DNA from: Octopus vulgaris
Lineage: Eukaryota
Length of the DNA: 64,000 nucleotides
Direction of reading: 5' to 3'
NCBI GenBank assembly: GCA_951406725.2
Contig: OX597822.1
Location: forward strand, 41,726,001-41,790,000
Position 1 is the first letter of the stretch, and every line of letters starts with the position of its first letter. Positions 49,757-64,000 of the stretch are shown here, piece by piece. Both the position numbers and the translations under genes were made by a program. The notes below the pieces were generated by a model that worked only from the letters and a program-made list of their open reading frames with translations, was not told where the DNA came from and made no database searches.

Positions 49757-50150
49757 ATAGGCACAGGAGTGGCTGTGTGGTAAGTAGCTTGCTTATGAAC
49801 CACATGGTTCCAGGTTCAGTGTCACTGCGTGACACCTCAGGCAAGTGTCTTCTACTACAGCAGTCGGGCTGTACAAAGCCTTGTGAGTGAATTTGGTAGA
49901 CGGAAACTGAAAGAGGCCCGTCGTATATATATGTGAGTGTGTGTTTTTGTCCCCCCCAACATCGCTTGACAACCGATGCTGGTGTGTTTATGTCCCTGTA
50001 ACTTAGCAGTTCGGCAAAAGACACCATTAGAATAAGTACTAGGCTTACAAATAATAAGTCCTGGGGTCGATTTGCTCGACTAAAGGCGGTGCTCCAGCAT
50101 GGCTGCAGTCAAATGACTGAAACAAGTAAAAGAGTAAAAAGAGTAAAAGA
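49757..50150 (+). mobile_element. tRNA-derived SINE family A, full-length reference-like copy
   Basis: A box TGGCTGTGTGG, B-box-like GGTTCAGTGTC, central (TG)n, tail (gtaaaaga)n. Confidence 0.9.
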
Positions 50151-51156
50151 GCATTAGACATGTCTGAGTTCAGTGAAATACAGGGTGGAGAGGGTTAACT
50201 ATGTGTGTATATGTAGGGGGCTCTTGTTGAGAACATGTAATAAAATGGTAACAGTAGTAGATTGTAGCTACTAAGGAAGTGTATGATGAGGTGGGGATTG
50301 GTTTGGGTAGGAGACCCCGTACACAGAAAACATAATAAACATCAACACGAACAGCTTCCTGAAGATTACTGAAATTTGGCATTTTGCCTCCTCAACATGT
50401 TCTATATGCACGTGTGTGTGTGTGTGTATTGATATAGCTGCTCATGCAAGTTCCTCTTGCATATCCTTACATGTGTGCAAGCGTGTTCATGTACGTATAT
50501 GTTTGTGTGTAGGTGTGCTACCTTTTTATATCGGTACACTGATGTTTGTTGGTGTGTGTGTGTGTGTGTGTGTCAGATAGCCATTGTAGAACAGCTGCTA
50601 AAGAGATGATCAAGGTAACAAATATACACACACATACACACCCTCAATATTCTCATAGGAATTGTGTATGTGCATATGTCATATAGGATGCATAGGCATA
50701 CATATGTATACATGATACACACATATATATATATGATGTATGCACACATCACATATGTGTGTGTATATATATATTCATTTATTTCTATATATTTATATGC
50801 ATATATATTTGTTTATATATACATATATCATCATCATGATAATTATATATATATATATATATATATATAAATACACATATGCAATATATAAAACGTAAGC
50901 ACACTGTCCATGTACATGCATTTAAGTATGAATGTGTGTGCGTGTGTGTGTGTGTGTATAATGTATCAACAAATAGAACAATATATGAAAGATCTACAAC
51001 CACATAACATATACATCTACTGTTAAACAAACACTATTGTGTGAATTTGGTTCACACATAAGATATATTTAAGCAACATTTCAAGGAAATGGATCAGCCC
51101 ACAGCCTTTTTTGAAGGTTTACTACTTGGATTTACTGCTATCACATATCTATGTTT

Positions 51157-51200
<44 letters not shown>

Positions 51201-51208
51201 GGGTAGGG

Positions 51209-51425
51209 TGAGGGGTGCTGAAAAGTTCCTGGCTTTGGATAAAAGAAAATACAGGAGGATCAGTTAATTGTGATTTTATTCACCATATTCCCCTTTCAGA
51301 TTCACATACTTATTGCAGTGGTCCTTCAGGTCTTCTAAGCTCTGTAAAAGGACTTGGAAGGTTGGGCCTCCAACCAGGCCTTTTGCAATACCCTTAAAAC
51401 CAGGAACTTTTCAGCACCCCATCAT
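51209..51425. mobile_element. Mariner-type MITE
   Basis: TIR GGGGTGCTGAAAAGTTCCTGGCTTT / AAAACCAGGAACTTTTCAGCACCCC. Confidence 0.8.
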
Positions 51426-51609
51426 ATATAAATGTGTACAGTTATGTTTAACATATTCAAGTTCACTCAAACATGAAAAGATATGCACTGCAAAAATTGT
51501 TTGAGGAATCTTGTCCTTATATCCACTGTATGGCTTTCCATGACACAAACATATTGAATATGATTGTACATGCCTATATTTCATTCAATACTAATTTGTG
51601 TGCATCTGA

Positions 51610-51642
<33 letters not shown>

Positions 51643-52973
51643 CATCGACATCATTTAGCATCCACGTTCCATGCTGGCAATTATTTGGACAGTTTGACAA
51701 GGATCTGATGAGTTGAAGGACTGCACCATATTCTAATGTCTACTTTAGCATGATTTCTGTGGCTGTGTGCTCTTCCTAATGCCAACCTCTTTACAGTGTA
51801 CTGGGTGCTTTTTTTCCTTGCCACCAGACCTATTGAGGCCATCATGTAGCTTACATGTTAACAAACCCAGTAAGGGTGGAGGCTGCATCTGTATGTTAGA
51901 CAGGAGTTATAGTATGAGAGAAGAGACAGGGGCAGAGCAAGTTCTTGTATTGAGCTACATGGCTACTCACATTTAGGTGAGAGCATGAAAGAGAATGGAT
52001 TAGGGATATCTCCAAAGAAATAGACAGTGGTGATGAGGTGTCCAGGTGGCACCTCAGGTAGCAGAAGCAGTAAGAGTGAGGGAGTGAGGATTTGCAAGTG
52101 TATAGGGGGGGGGAAGAGATAGGGGAAGTGAGAGAGGGAGATATGCAACATCTAGGGAAGGTTTGAGGGGAGGGATTACACTAGTTAGGTGGGGCTACAA
52201 GGATTCTAGCAGTTGGGTTATACACTAGCAATTCAGGATGCTATCTTGTATGGAGGTGAATGCAGGCATGGGTGAGATAATGGGTCCAATTCCATTGCAT
52301 GGAACCTTGATCAGGTATCATCTACTATAACAGAAATCTTGTGGAACTGCACTTGATGGGTTGGTGGAGGGGCAGGGTGCTCTTCCTTGTCTTACCCCAC
52401 TCCCCAGTCTTGGAGGTCCTTCCAAAAGTCATATGCAAGTCTCTTCTTCCTTTGACAAATCTGTACAAAAAATGTCTGATTATTAACACTTGAAGTGCTG
52501 GGAGTGGGATAAAGCAGACTGGTGGTAGGTAGGTGAGTGGGTAGGTATGTGGACTGGTGGTAAATATATGGGTTTGAATGTAGGTAGGTAGATTCTGGTG
52601 ATAAATATGTATACAGGTAAGTAGGTGCACAAGATAGATATACGAACATTTATATATATACATATGCACACACATGTATATGTGGCTATGTGGTAAGAAG
52701 TTTTCTTCCCAGCTGAGAGTTCAGTCCAATTGCTTGGTGCCTTGGGCAAGTTTCTTCCATCGTGTGTGTGTGTATGTTCGTTTATCCCCCACTCCACTGC
52801 TAGACAATCGGAGTTAGTTTTTGTCCATGTAACTTAGTTATTCAAGAAAAGAGACTGATAGAATAAGTTTTAGGTTTATACAGAAATGTACTGGGGCCAA
52901 CTCATTTAACTAAAACCCTTCAAGGCAGTGCCACAGCATGGCTGCAGTTAAATGACTGAAACAAGTAACAGAT

Positions 52974-53017
<44 letters not shown>

Positions 53018-53518
53018 CACGTACACACACACACTTGAAGGTGTCTATGTTACTAAGGTATTGGCAACATGTGAAGTAGATAAGGTAGTCGAGTAGACAT
53101 GCAAGATATTAAATAGACAGATAGTTCAATTAGCAGTTGAAATAATTAATATGTCATTAAGGATCTTCATAATGATCATTTTTCAGATTAGTTTTAAGTT
53201 TGAGTATATCAAAAGAAATTAGTAAGTTTGAGCATTTATGCTTTACTCAAGGTTTTTAGAAATATAAGTTAATTTTGGTACTGTATTTTGTATTTATATC
53301 TTATGGATAGATTTTATTGGGAGTTTAAGATAATATATCATTTGGGTGAGGTTGATTGGGGGTACTGGGGTGAGTTTCTGTTTTCTCTCTATTATTTTTT
53401 TTTTTTTGGTTTTCAACTTAAGGCATATTTTGGTAAAAATACTTGTAATCCACAAATACACTTAATCATATATATTCAAACTTATAGTCATACAAACACA
53501 TATCAATCACATACACAT

Positions 53519-53550
<32 letters not shown>

Positions 53551-53757
53551 TCAGTCAAGCATACATACGTCCACACTCATACAAATACACATCAATCAAC
53601 CACACACACACACACACACACAGAGTCATAACACTACTCTGCACCCATTAAAATTTGAACTTTTGGCAGATTCTGATATCTCATTTCTATTTAGGGTATG
53701 TTAGAGAGGGGGAGACACAGACAGGTACTGTGTGTGAGAGAGAGAGAAAGAGAGGGT

Positions 53758-53796
<39 letters not shown>

Positions 53797-54460
53797 TGAG
53801 CGGCTACATATTTTTATAGAAAGGAAGAGAGATAGGGAGATGAGTATACAGTTGTTTATATAGTGCAATGTGGGGTATGAAAGCTATATGGGGGTAGCTG
53901 TGTTAATTTCAGCTGACTGTTGTTATTTGATCAACATGCTCTGTAGCTAAATTTACTTAAAACAGGAACAACAGCAGAAATAATAACAATCTCTGAAGAA
54001 TTGGTATTTAAGTGTCTTTGGATAAAACTGAATTTCTTGGTAACTGTTTGTATTTGTGTCTTGATGCACCTGATGAACTGTACAATTGTGCAACTAACAG
54101 TATAGAAAATGTTGTAGAATTGTACACCTGTTATAGTGTAGAATTGTACACTTAATGTAGTGCACATTCTTCTGTGCACCTAATGTAGAAATGTCTAACT
54201 ACTACAATATAGACATGTGCTTAATGTCAGAGTACTCCCGGGTACTACTGGTAACATATACCCAATGCAATATTTTGCACTGTCAGATCAGTAGGGAATA
54301 TACCTGCAACTCTTCCAAATGAGAGGAGTGATTTTTGGGTAACCTGCAGGATTAAAAGCAAAATCAATCAAACAGTGGATAAACTAAAGAGAAAGTCAAC
54401 AGTCATCCAGTATTGCACACGCGCACACACACACACACACACATATTGCATATTATGTAT

Positions 54461-54492
<32 letters not shown>

Positions 54493-56113
54493 CCAAGATG
54501 CATACCAAGATAGGATTTTTTAGTGGATTGCACAGAGGAGACTCAATCATCAATAGTCAAATTTTGAACTGCTGTAAAGGTGATATCCACAATGACACTG
54601 AGATGTGTACCTCAGATAATAATGGGGTTACTCTGGTCACTACTGTGCATCTATGATGTAGCTGAGGAACCAAACTTTTTGAAACAACAAACAGCTGGCA
54701 GACCATATGATACATGTCTGCAACAATGAAATACTGTTTTTTTTTTGTTTTGTTATTTTTTTCCATAGTTTCATCACATGCAAGATATAGTAGTGTCAGT
54801 AGGAGCAGTCATGAATCACTGGTCTCCAGTGTAGTTATGTCCTCTTTTGTTCCTGAGAGATGAAGCCCTCGTTCATTTTCAAAAACAAGATACGACCAGA
54901 AATGTGTACCTAAAATACCATATCCTCCAGCATACAAGTCAAATTTTTCAGACCAAAATATTTAGCCAAAAGAAGGTAGGTTGACTTAGATGCCAAGACA
55001 ACTTTGAAGGACTACATGTGAAATATAGCAAGTTTTAGAAAGATAGTACCCAATGTCTGAATGATTATGTGTTTACACTATATACTACTTTGACTTGTAT
55101 GCTGGAAAATACAGTAGTGTTTGTTGATTGGTGGTGGAGCCTGGCTCTCCATCAGTTATGATGTGGCATGTTCCAGTCAATCCAATCAATGGAATAGTCT
55201 GCTTGTGAAATTAACATGCAAGTGGCTGAGCACTCCACAGACATGTGTACCCTCAATGTTGTTCTCAGGGAGATTTTGTGCAACACAGAATGTGACAAGG
55301 ATGGCCTTTCTGAATTACACGTACAACTCATTTTTACCAGCTTAGTGGACTGAAGCAATGTGAAATGAAGTGTCTTGCTCAAAGATATAACATGCTGCCT
55401 GGAATCAAACTCACAACCTTACGATCACGAGTGCTGATGATATTGTGTGAAATTGTGCAGCTAACAGAAGTATGCGATAGCATTGGTGGTGGCCAGTTAT
55501 GTCGAGAAAGTTGGCAGACAAGGGTGGTGATCTACTGTTGTAAAATCATTGGATACAGTTTAATATTGTTTATGCATTGCCATAATGTCCTGTTGTGATA
55601 ATGATAATAATATTGTGTGTGTATGTGTGAGGTAGTCTGTGTAACGTGTATCTATGTATGTATGTATGTGTTGTATGTGTATTGTGTGAGTGAGATAGTA
55701 TATTTTATAGACGTTGATTTACAGTGGTGTTGCATGTATATATGATCGTGAAAGGTGATTCAGGAATCCAGGTAGTTACCTCAGTCAGCACTCATGCAAA
55801 TACTGGCTAACAGTGTGTATAGAAAAGCATAGTACTTCTGTCAAAGAAAGTGTTTCAAACAAAATGAAAATCCAGAATGTTATTGCCAGTCTTGGAGTAT
55901 AATACAGCAAGTGAAATAATGGAGGTACTGTTATCACATTTGTTCTTTGGTTACAATTTCAATAATATAAGGATCAGACATATCATTTCACAAAGTAGAA
56001 AACATGATTATGTAATATTAAATCATACTACATACACCTCGTGGTCATTTCTTCATGAGTGTATGATGAAATCCTCTACATATAGATACAAATTTGTGGA
56101 GGAGCCTATATCT

Positions 56114-56340
56114 TATTTCTTTCACTGCCACAAGGGGCTAAACATAGAGGGGACAAACAAGGACAGACAAAGGGATTAAGTTGATTACATTGACCCCAGT
56201 GCGTAACTGGTACTTAATTTATCGACCCCGAAAGGATGAAAGGCAAAGTCGACCTTGGTGGAATTTGAACTGAGAGCGTAACAGCAGACGAAATACCACT
56301 AAGCATTTCGCCTGGCATGTTAACGTTTCTGCCAGCTCAG
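56114..56340 (-). mobile_element. Family B SINE with LINE-like tail
   Basis: Reverse complement ends tttagccccttgtggcagtgaaagaaat; body matches 35909. Confidence 0.85.
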
Positions 56341-56936
56341 CAAGGAAGCATCCGCTTAGACATGTAAATAAATGAAAGAGTAGTGAGGCATAGAGGATAG
56401 AAGTTATTGTGTATCATTTGATATGATTAATTTTGAAACTGGACTTATTATTTAGTCTATATATTCAGAATGTTGTCTGGTCGATGGAGTAAAGCAGTAT
56501 TCAGATATGAGTAGCATTATGCAGACTCATAAATCAGGTAGGATGGGCATTTCTAGACTAGCTTCAAAGTAAACAGTAATGATGAAAGAGAGAGAGAGTG
56601 AGAACAGTAAAAAAGAAAGAAAGTAGGATAAAAGGAGAGTAAGGGTGGGAAAGATGGAAGAGATAATCATATAAGCAGGTTAGATGGATGAAACAGTGGA
56701 TATCTACACATTTAAAGGAGGCAAGTAATTGCTATAAATTTAGTATAAAAAGGAGTCAAACAAAGTTTACTAATACTGAAAAACTAATATTGAAAAAAAT
56801 ATAAAATCAAAATTACAATTCATAATTAAAGATTAAGAATAAAAAAAAATTAATGGTAAAAACTTCAATAGAGGAATGTGTGTGTGTGTGCATCTGTATA
56901 TGCCAGACAAAATACTTTACATTCTGAGTTCAAATT

Positions 56937-57355
56937 CTAGGGTGACCTACTGTGCTTGAGGAGACCTATTGAGTCAAGTACATCAGCATCAAAATAAAAA
57001 TCAAATGGAAATTGTAGTTGTGATACATATGCCGGTGGCACGTAAAAAGCACTATCCAAATGTGGCCGATGCCAAATCCGCCTTGACTGGCGTCCATGCC
57101 AGTGACATGTAAAAAGCACCAACCGATCATGGCCGTTTGCCAGCTTCCTTCGGCCCCTGTGCTGGCGGCACATAAAAAGTACCCACAACACTCACAGAGT
57201 GGTTGGCGTTAGGAAGGGCATCCAGTTGTAGAAATATTGCCAGATCAGTCTGGAGTGTGGTGCGGGCCTCCTGGCTTCCCAGACCCCGGTCAAACCGTCC
57301 AACCCATGCTAGCATGGAAAATGGACGTTAAACGATGATGATGAGGATGATGATG
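56937..57355 (+). mobile_element. RTE LINE 3' UTR fragment (family C)
   Basis: Same organisation as 22820-23243. Confidence 0.8.
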
Positions 57356-57582
57356 TTGAAGGCACAAGCTGGCAGAGCCATCAGCATATCGGACAAAATG
57401 CTTAGCTGCATTTCATGTCTTGACATTCTGAGCTCAAATTCTGCCAAAGTCAACTTGGCCTTTCGTCATTTTGGAGTTGATAAGTACCAGGAGTTGATAA
57501 GTACTAGTCAAGTACTGAGATGGATGTAATCAACTTTCGCCTTCCCTCAAAAACTACTGACACTGTACCCAAAATTTGAAAC

Positions 57583-57622
<40 letters not shown>

Positions 57623-57623
57623 T

Positions 57624-57925
57624 ATTGTCTTTGCATAGAATGGAAGAAAGGAAAGTTGATAGATATGACAGGTTAGCTTGGGAGGTTAAGCAGTTGTGGT
57701 CACTGAAAAAGGTGGTAGTAGTAACAATAATTGTCAGAGTCTTGGGAACAGCGAGTAAAAATAGTGGCTGCAATAAAGATGGAGCATTTGCAGAAAACAG
57801 CACTGCTTGGAACTGCTTGAATACTCCGGATGGTGCTAAAAAAATAAGGCGTGTTACCTTAGTTCACTGGGAATGAACAGCTGGCACCATAGTACATCTC
57901 CAGCATTAGAAGCTGTGCAAAGACA
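57624..57925 (+). pseudogene. 3' end of a restriction-like-endonuclease LINE (R4/Dong-like)
   Basis: EERKVDRYDRLAWEVKQLWSLKKVVVVTIIVRVLGT and, after a frameshift, EHLQKTALLGTA; typical REL C-terminus; adjacent to (TTA)n. Confidence 0.7.
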
Positions 57926-57997
57926 ATTACTATTATTATTTTCTTTTCTTTTCTTTTCTTTTTTTCTTCTTATTTCTTTTTCTTCTTATTATTATTA

Positions 57998-58450
57998 AGG
58001 CTGTGAGCTGGCAGAATTCATTAGCACACCCGGTAAAATGCTTAGCAGTATTTTGTCCATTTTTACATTCTGAGTTCAAATTCCACCTAGGTTGACTTTG
58101 CCTTTCATCATTTTAGGGTTGAGCAAATAAGTACCAGTTATGCACTGGTGTCAATGCAATCCACTTACCCCCTCCCTCAAAATTTCAGGCCTTGTGCCTA
58201 TAGTAGAAAGGATTATTATTATTATTATTATTATCATCATCAAGGCGGCAAGCTGGCAGAATTGTTAGCATGCTGGACGAAATGCTTAGTGGTATGTCAC
58301 CCGTCGCTACGTTCTGAGTTCAAATTCTGCTGAGGTCGACTTTGCCTGTCATGTTTAATAAAATAAGTACCAGTTGAACACTAGGAGTCAGTGTAATCGA
58401 CTCATCCCCTCAACCAAAATGGCTGCCCTTGTGGAAAATTTGAAACCATC
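57998..58450 (+). mobile_element. Two consecutive family B SINEs
   Basis: Heads at ~57998 and ~58242, each following a (TTA)n tail. Confidence 0.8.
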
Positions 58451-60155
58451 ATTATTATTAGTATTATCAATGCTTTGCAATAGTGGTAATAACAGGAGTG
58501 GTAGTTAAGCTACCAGTTAAACACTGAAGTCAGTATTCTCTCCCCTCAAAATGTGTGCTAGGGTTAAAAATCTTGACAGAATTGTTAGAGTGATGAACAA
58601 AATGTTTTGGATTATTTATCTGTGGATCTTTACGTTCAGTGTTCAAATCACTCTGCAGATGACTTTGTCGTTCATACATCCAAGGTTAATAAAATAAACA
58701 TTAGTTGAGCACTAGGTGAAACTATTTGCTTATAATCCTCACGCTAGTTTGTATCCTTGTGCTTATGTTACAAATACTTATTGGCTTTGAGAATTAATTC
58801 TGGGTTCAGTTCTATTTCACAACTGAATCATTCACCTTGTCTGATGTCTTGCAATGATCTGTACTTGAAATGTCCTCCACCAAGAGAATCTAGGTTTCCA
58901 TTGTATTGAGGTGCTGCTGCCTTAAGAAATCTAAGGTCTTATTACTATGTTGGTATAAGTGTTGCAAATGTCTGCTATGTAAAGCTAATGTTGTTGAAAG
59001 CTAGCTGGGCTGATGTCAATGGTATGTATGCTGGTAATTTGCCACCTGTCGTGTAATTTTGATTGTACTACAGAGTTTGAAATAACACGAAACAATAATT
59101 ACCCAGAAAGCATTTGTCGTTTCTGCTCCCTATTTATTGGTGTTTAGATAGGGGAAATACCTGTGATATTACTATCAGTGTTACTGATAAAACCAGTGGT
59201 ATGCTAGATATAGCAACCAAATTTCCTTCAGTCACAAGCGGCCATCTTCAGACAGAAAGAGACGCATTGGATAGCATGGTCCTTGTACTAGCAATACATC
59301 CATTGTATCCACTATTGGATATATTACCTGGAATAGGAAAGATGGAATGGTTACAGCTAAATACCTTTGATCATAGGTTTACTTATTCAAAGTTTACCTA
59401 GGGTTAAACTATAACAATGTTACCAACAAATGTGTGTACGTGTGGAGTGAGTTGTAGTCACATGTAAAGTTTGAGCTGCAATGTATTGTGTTTCATGAGT
59501 TGCTAGACACCAGAACTGAAAACAATCAACCTCATCCTTTGCAAATAGGTTTGGTATGTTGGAATCTGGTTGATGGCATTCGCCCCCTTCCCCAGCACCT
59601 TTCAATGAAGTGATACATTACTGTATTCTCTTGTATGAATGTGTTGATGGGGGTTTTGTTTTTCTTGCCCCCCCCACTACCTTCTGTTATCTCCCTCTGT
59701 TTTATTACCTGAATACATACAGGTAACCCCAGTGATATCTTTCAAAATACTATACAGACATTTTCATTGCAGCTTCTAAATCAAATTACTATCTTGGTTG
59801 TTTTTATGAGAGTCAGACCCATCAAACCCACATAAATGTAAAACAGCTAGAATAAAATTGATGAAAACGTATTAAAGAAAATAATCCTCATATAAAATTC
59901 TCTTTTGTCTATAAGATAAAGCTGGTGAAAGTAAACATTACTTGGTGCTATTTATTCTTTATGATTGCTTCACTGTACTAGCTTCACTAATCTCACTGGG
60001 AAATACATGATGTCACAACATCATTTGGTTCCTACCACATAGACACAAATCCTAAACATAAGTGACTCTCAGCAGAACCCTCGCACGTAAACGTAAGTAA
60101 CTCTCAGTTAGAACCCTCACAGTTGCTCCAAATACTGGACATATCTCAAATGGTG

Positions 60156-60190
<35 letters not shown>

Positions 60191-60234
60191 GGCCAGAAAG
60201 TAATTTCATCCCCTAACAGCTGCTGACACTACAA

Positions 60235-60810
60235 CAGTGGTTTTCAACCAAAGTCCATATGACCCTTGGGTGGGGGCTCCATGTAAGATTTTGTTCTTAA
60301 AATTCATAAGCAATAAACTCTCAATGGTTAGAGCATTGGGCTCACAATCATGAGGTAGTGAGTTTGGTTCCCAGACCAGGCTGTGTGTTGTGTTATTCAG
60401 CAAGGCACTTTATTTCACATTGCTCTAGTTCACTCAGCTGCAGAAATGAGTTGCGACATCACTGGTGCCAAGCTGTATCAACCTTTGCCTTTCTCTTAGA
60501 TAACATCATTGGTGTGGAGAGAGGAGGCTGGTATACATGGGCGACTGCTGATCTTCCATAAAACAACCTTACCTGGACTTGTGCCTCAGAGGGTAACTTT
60601 CTAGGTGCAACCCATGGTCATTCATGACTGAAGAGTTTCTTTACCCTTTTTTGCCTTTTACTTCTACAATTCACAAAATATTTTAACAATTTCTTATGCA
60701 ATTCCTAATAATATTTAATTATAAAAATATGAGATTTTAAAACTTTGAATAGCTATGAGGGTCCAGCCAAGTAAAATAGGAACCAAGGGCAAAAATGGTC
60801 AAGAACCCCT
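60235..60810. mobile_element. hAT-type MITE interrupted by a family D SINE (~60318-60655)
   Basis: TIR CAGTGGTTTTCAACC / GGTCAAGAACCCCT; flanks CACTACAA / TTCTACAA. Confidence 0.6.
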
Positions 60811-61924
60811 TTCTACAAGGCTTACAAGAAGCCTACAATAGAGTATTACCCCCAACATCTTGGACAGTGCTGCCAATATACACACAAGCATCTTGGGCCC
60901 CATCCAGAGAAGAGCCCCTTGACTGAATGGCATAAAATTCTCCAGCTTCTGGTTTGCAGGCATGCCGACTCTTCTGTCACTGCTATAATGGCCTCTTTTC
61001 CTTGGATTTAGTTGGTTGCATTACCTTTATTGCATCCAACCCAACCTGGCCCTCCACTAACTGCTATGCTTAGTCTCCACTCTACCCACCGATCATCAAT
61101 CCTCTTCGCGTATCTTTTGGACTGCAGGTTTTGACCGCTAATGGTTTTTTAGCAGAAAATTAAGAGCATCAAGTTTACTGATCATAGAGGGCCTTCAAAG
61201 GTTACAAGCACTGCCACTCACCTCATACTCAGCAAGTGTCAAATAAAGAACAAACCCTCGATAAATTTATGATCATGGTCATCATCAGTCACCATCATCA
61301 TCAGCCATCATCATCATCAACCATCATCATCAGCCATCATCAATCATCATCATCATCATCATCATCATCAGTCATCGTCATCAGTCATCTCCTTTATTAT
61401 TCTTATTTACAATTAACTTGAGAAATTGTATTGAAGATTTGTGAATGGTGTGATGTGATATGGCATTGAACTAGGGGCAGTGAAGTATAAAGATACTGTG
61501 TAATAGTGAAATATAAACAGTGAAGGTGAAAGATACAGTGTGACTGTGAAATATGTGCAAATGAAGATGGCAGACATTGTATGGCAGTGAAATATGGGCA
61601 CTGAAAGTAGAAGGCATTATGTGGCTATGAAATATTAGGAGTGAAAATCAAAGGTTTGCAAAGGTCATAGCGATGGTATGATGTGTTTTGTAAATACTAT
61701 AAAGAACTATTGAGCAATGAAGTAAAAGGCTTGAAATAGTTGTTAAGAAGGAACAAGGTAAATGTGGTTTATTGGAAATGAGGTGAACATTATTTGTTGG
61801 ATGTAATAACAAACTTGACAGAATGAGGGCAAGTGAGCTGGTAAATTTGATACTGGATATCACTGACATTGCTGCATATATATTTATATTTGTGTGTGTG
61901 TGTGTACATATATATATATATTTG

Positions 61925-62006
<82 letters not shown>

Positions 62007-62369
62007 CCAGCAGGGAGTGAGGTATGTATATAAACTTGTATATGAGTGTATGCACACACACACATATAGTATTGGTGTCCACCAAATATGATTTGAGATG
62101 AGGAATTATAGACATTACAGTTACAATCCTAATATTTTGAATAGATGCACAGACAATCCAGTGTAAAGTTATTTTAATTAATCCAAAGAGAAAAATATGG
62201 ACATCACATCATTTTTTTCTACCTTTAAAACCAAAACTTGTCTAAAATAATTTTGATCCAATCTATAGTCCAATGTTCCTTACACCTAACATAGTATGTT
62301 ATTTCTAAGATCATATAGAGTTTAACTCAAGATATACACCTTCAAATATACTATATGTGCATAAAATAT

Positions 62370-62399
<30 letters not shown>

Positions 62400-62400
<1 letters not shown>

Positions 62401-62872
62401 TGCTGATGTGGCCGATGACAGTACTGCCTGATTGGCACTCATGCCAGTGGAACGTTAAAAGTACATCCGAGCGTGATTGTTGCCAGGGCCATGGATTGGC
62501 TCCTGTGCCGGTGACTCGTGAAAAGCACCATTCAAGCGTGATCATTACCAGCGTCGCCTTACTGGAACATGTGCTGATGGCATGTGAAAAGCAACATTCG
62601 AGTGTGGTCATTGCCAGTGCCACTGGACTGGCTCTTGTGCAGGTAGCACATAAAAACACCTTTTGAGCGTGGTTGTTGCCAGAACCGCCTGACTGGCCCT
62701 CATGCCAGTGGCACGTAATAGCATCCACTACACTCTCAGCATTAGGAAGGGCATTCAGCTGTAGAAACTTTGCTAGATCAGATTGAGCCTGGTGCAGCCT
62801 CTGACTCACCAGTCCTCTGCCAAACCGTCCAACCCATGCCAGTATGGAAAGCGGATGTTAAACAATAATGAT
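62400..62872 (+). mobile_element. RTE LINE 3' UTR (family C variant)
   Basis: Homologous to 43995-44485. Confidence 0.8.
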
Positions 62873-64000
62873 ATATATTTATATAGTGGTAAAATTTCCC
62901 TTTTGTCTCTATTACTCCATAGGCATCTCTGCAATTCATGTAAACAATGTCTCCGAATATGGCTAGCTGGTGTTCTAGAGTGTCTTTCCCTATGAGCACA
63001 TCCAGTTTTATGGACTATTTTCTGGTCCAATGGCTCCGATTCTCCTTTTGCATTTGCAGGCGACTAATTGAACTTACAGCATGGACGTCCTGAACACTGT
63101 AGTTTGACTGCTGGCCTTTGATTTTCTAACATCTTATTTGCTGGAACAATGCTCTACTGTTCATTCAAGAGTACCTGCACATACACACACACACACACAC
63201 ATATGGGTGAGGGTACTGGCATGGCTTTGTGCAACACAGTGAGACTAAACCATGCTCTGGGTTCAGTTCCCACTGTGTGCTACCTTCAGTAAGTCTTTTT
63301 TGCTATGGCCTCTGGCAACCAAACCCTTGTGAGTGAATATGATGGACAGAAATGCACATGCTTGTGTCTGTTGTGTGTGTGTATCCTTGTTTGATATCCC
63401 ATGCTAGCTATAGACAGACATCACCATCATTCAAACAGTGTTGTTTGCAATCTTCTGTGAAAAATATCCAGACTCAGGAGAATATTACCTTACTTGAAAA
63501 CAGGTGAGGGTTGACAACAGCAAGAACATCCAGCTGCAAAAGAAATCTGCTTCAACAACAAATTTTGTCTGACCTATGTAAGTATGGAAAATTAGGCATC
63601 AAATCATCAGCAACGCTGATGATAATTACAATATTCATTTAATATGTGTGTGTGTGTGTGTATGACTGGCAGTGCCATAGCATGGCCACAGCTTTTTGGC
63701 TGAAATACATAAAAGAATAAAAGATATCTATATATGTGTGTGTGTGTGTATAAAGTGTGAGAGAATGTGTATACATATAGTGTAGTATATATATGTACAT
63801 GTGTGTGTGTGATGCGGAGTATATGATATGTACAAAGAATTTATATACATGTTTTTTTCCTGTAAATCTCTGGAGAATTTGTGTGTGTGTGTGTGTGTGG
63901 CAAAAATAACAGAAGAAAAAAATCCTTACATTTCTAAAAGGCAGTAATCTATATAATTAGTCAAAACACACACACACACACACACAACAGTTGTATTTGT

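Overview
This is AT-rich, microsatellite-dense eukaryotic DNA with no confidently identifiable host gene. The repeat families resemble those of an octopus/cephalopod genome (inference from recalled repeat sequences, not a search). Almost all ORFs in the supplied track are microsatellite or repeat artefacts. The main coding signal is a gag/ORF1-like gene (5481-6896; RRM-like region plus CCHC knuckle; two compensating frameshifts). It has structured UTRs and no ORF2, and it sits inside a non-autonomous Helitron (4792-7520). Its 3' tail is shared with a truncated LINE end (39477) and with SINE copies (36116, 36298, 56114), which suggests an ORF1-only 'half-LINE'/LINE/SINE mobilisation system. The window also holds several Penelope-type minimal hammerhead ribozyme motifs, mostly inside short inverted duplications, one with an unusually long stem II. 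Other elements are an RTE LINE with a PHD finger inside its RT region, mariner, Tx1/L1 and R4/Dong-like fragments, nested piggyBac, hAT and Tc1 MITEs, many tRNA-derived SINEs, and a CpG-retaining promoter-like region (~34.1-35.6 kb) containing an inverted-plus-tandem triple repeat. Repeat coordinates were read by eye and are approximate unless a TSD or TIR is quoted.
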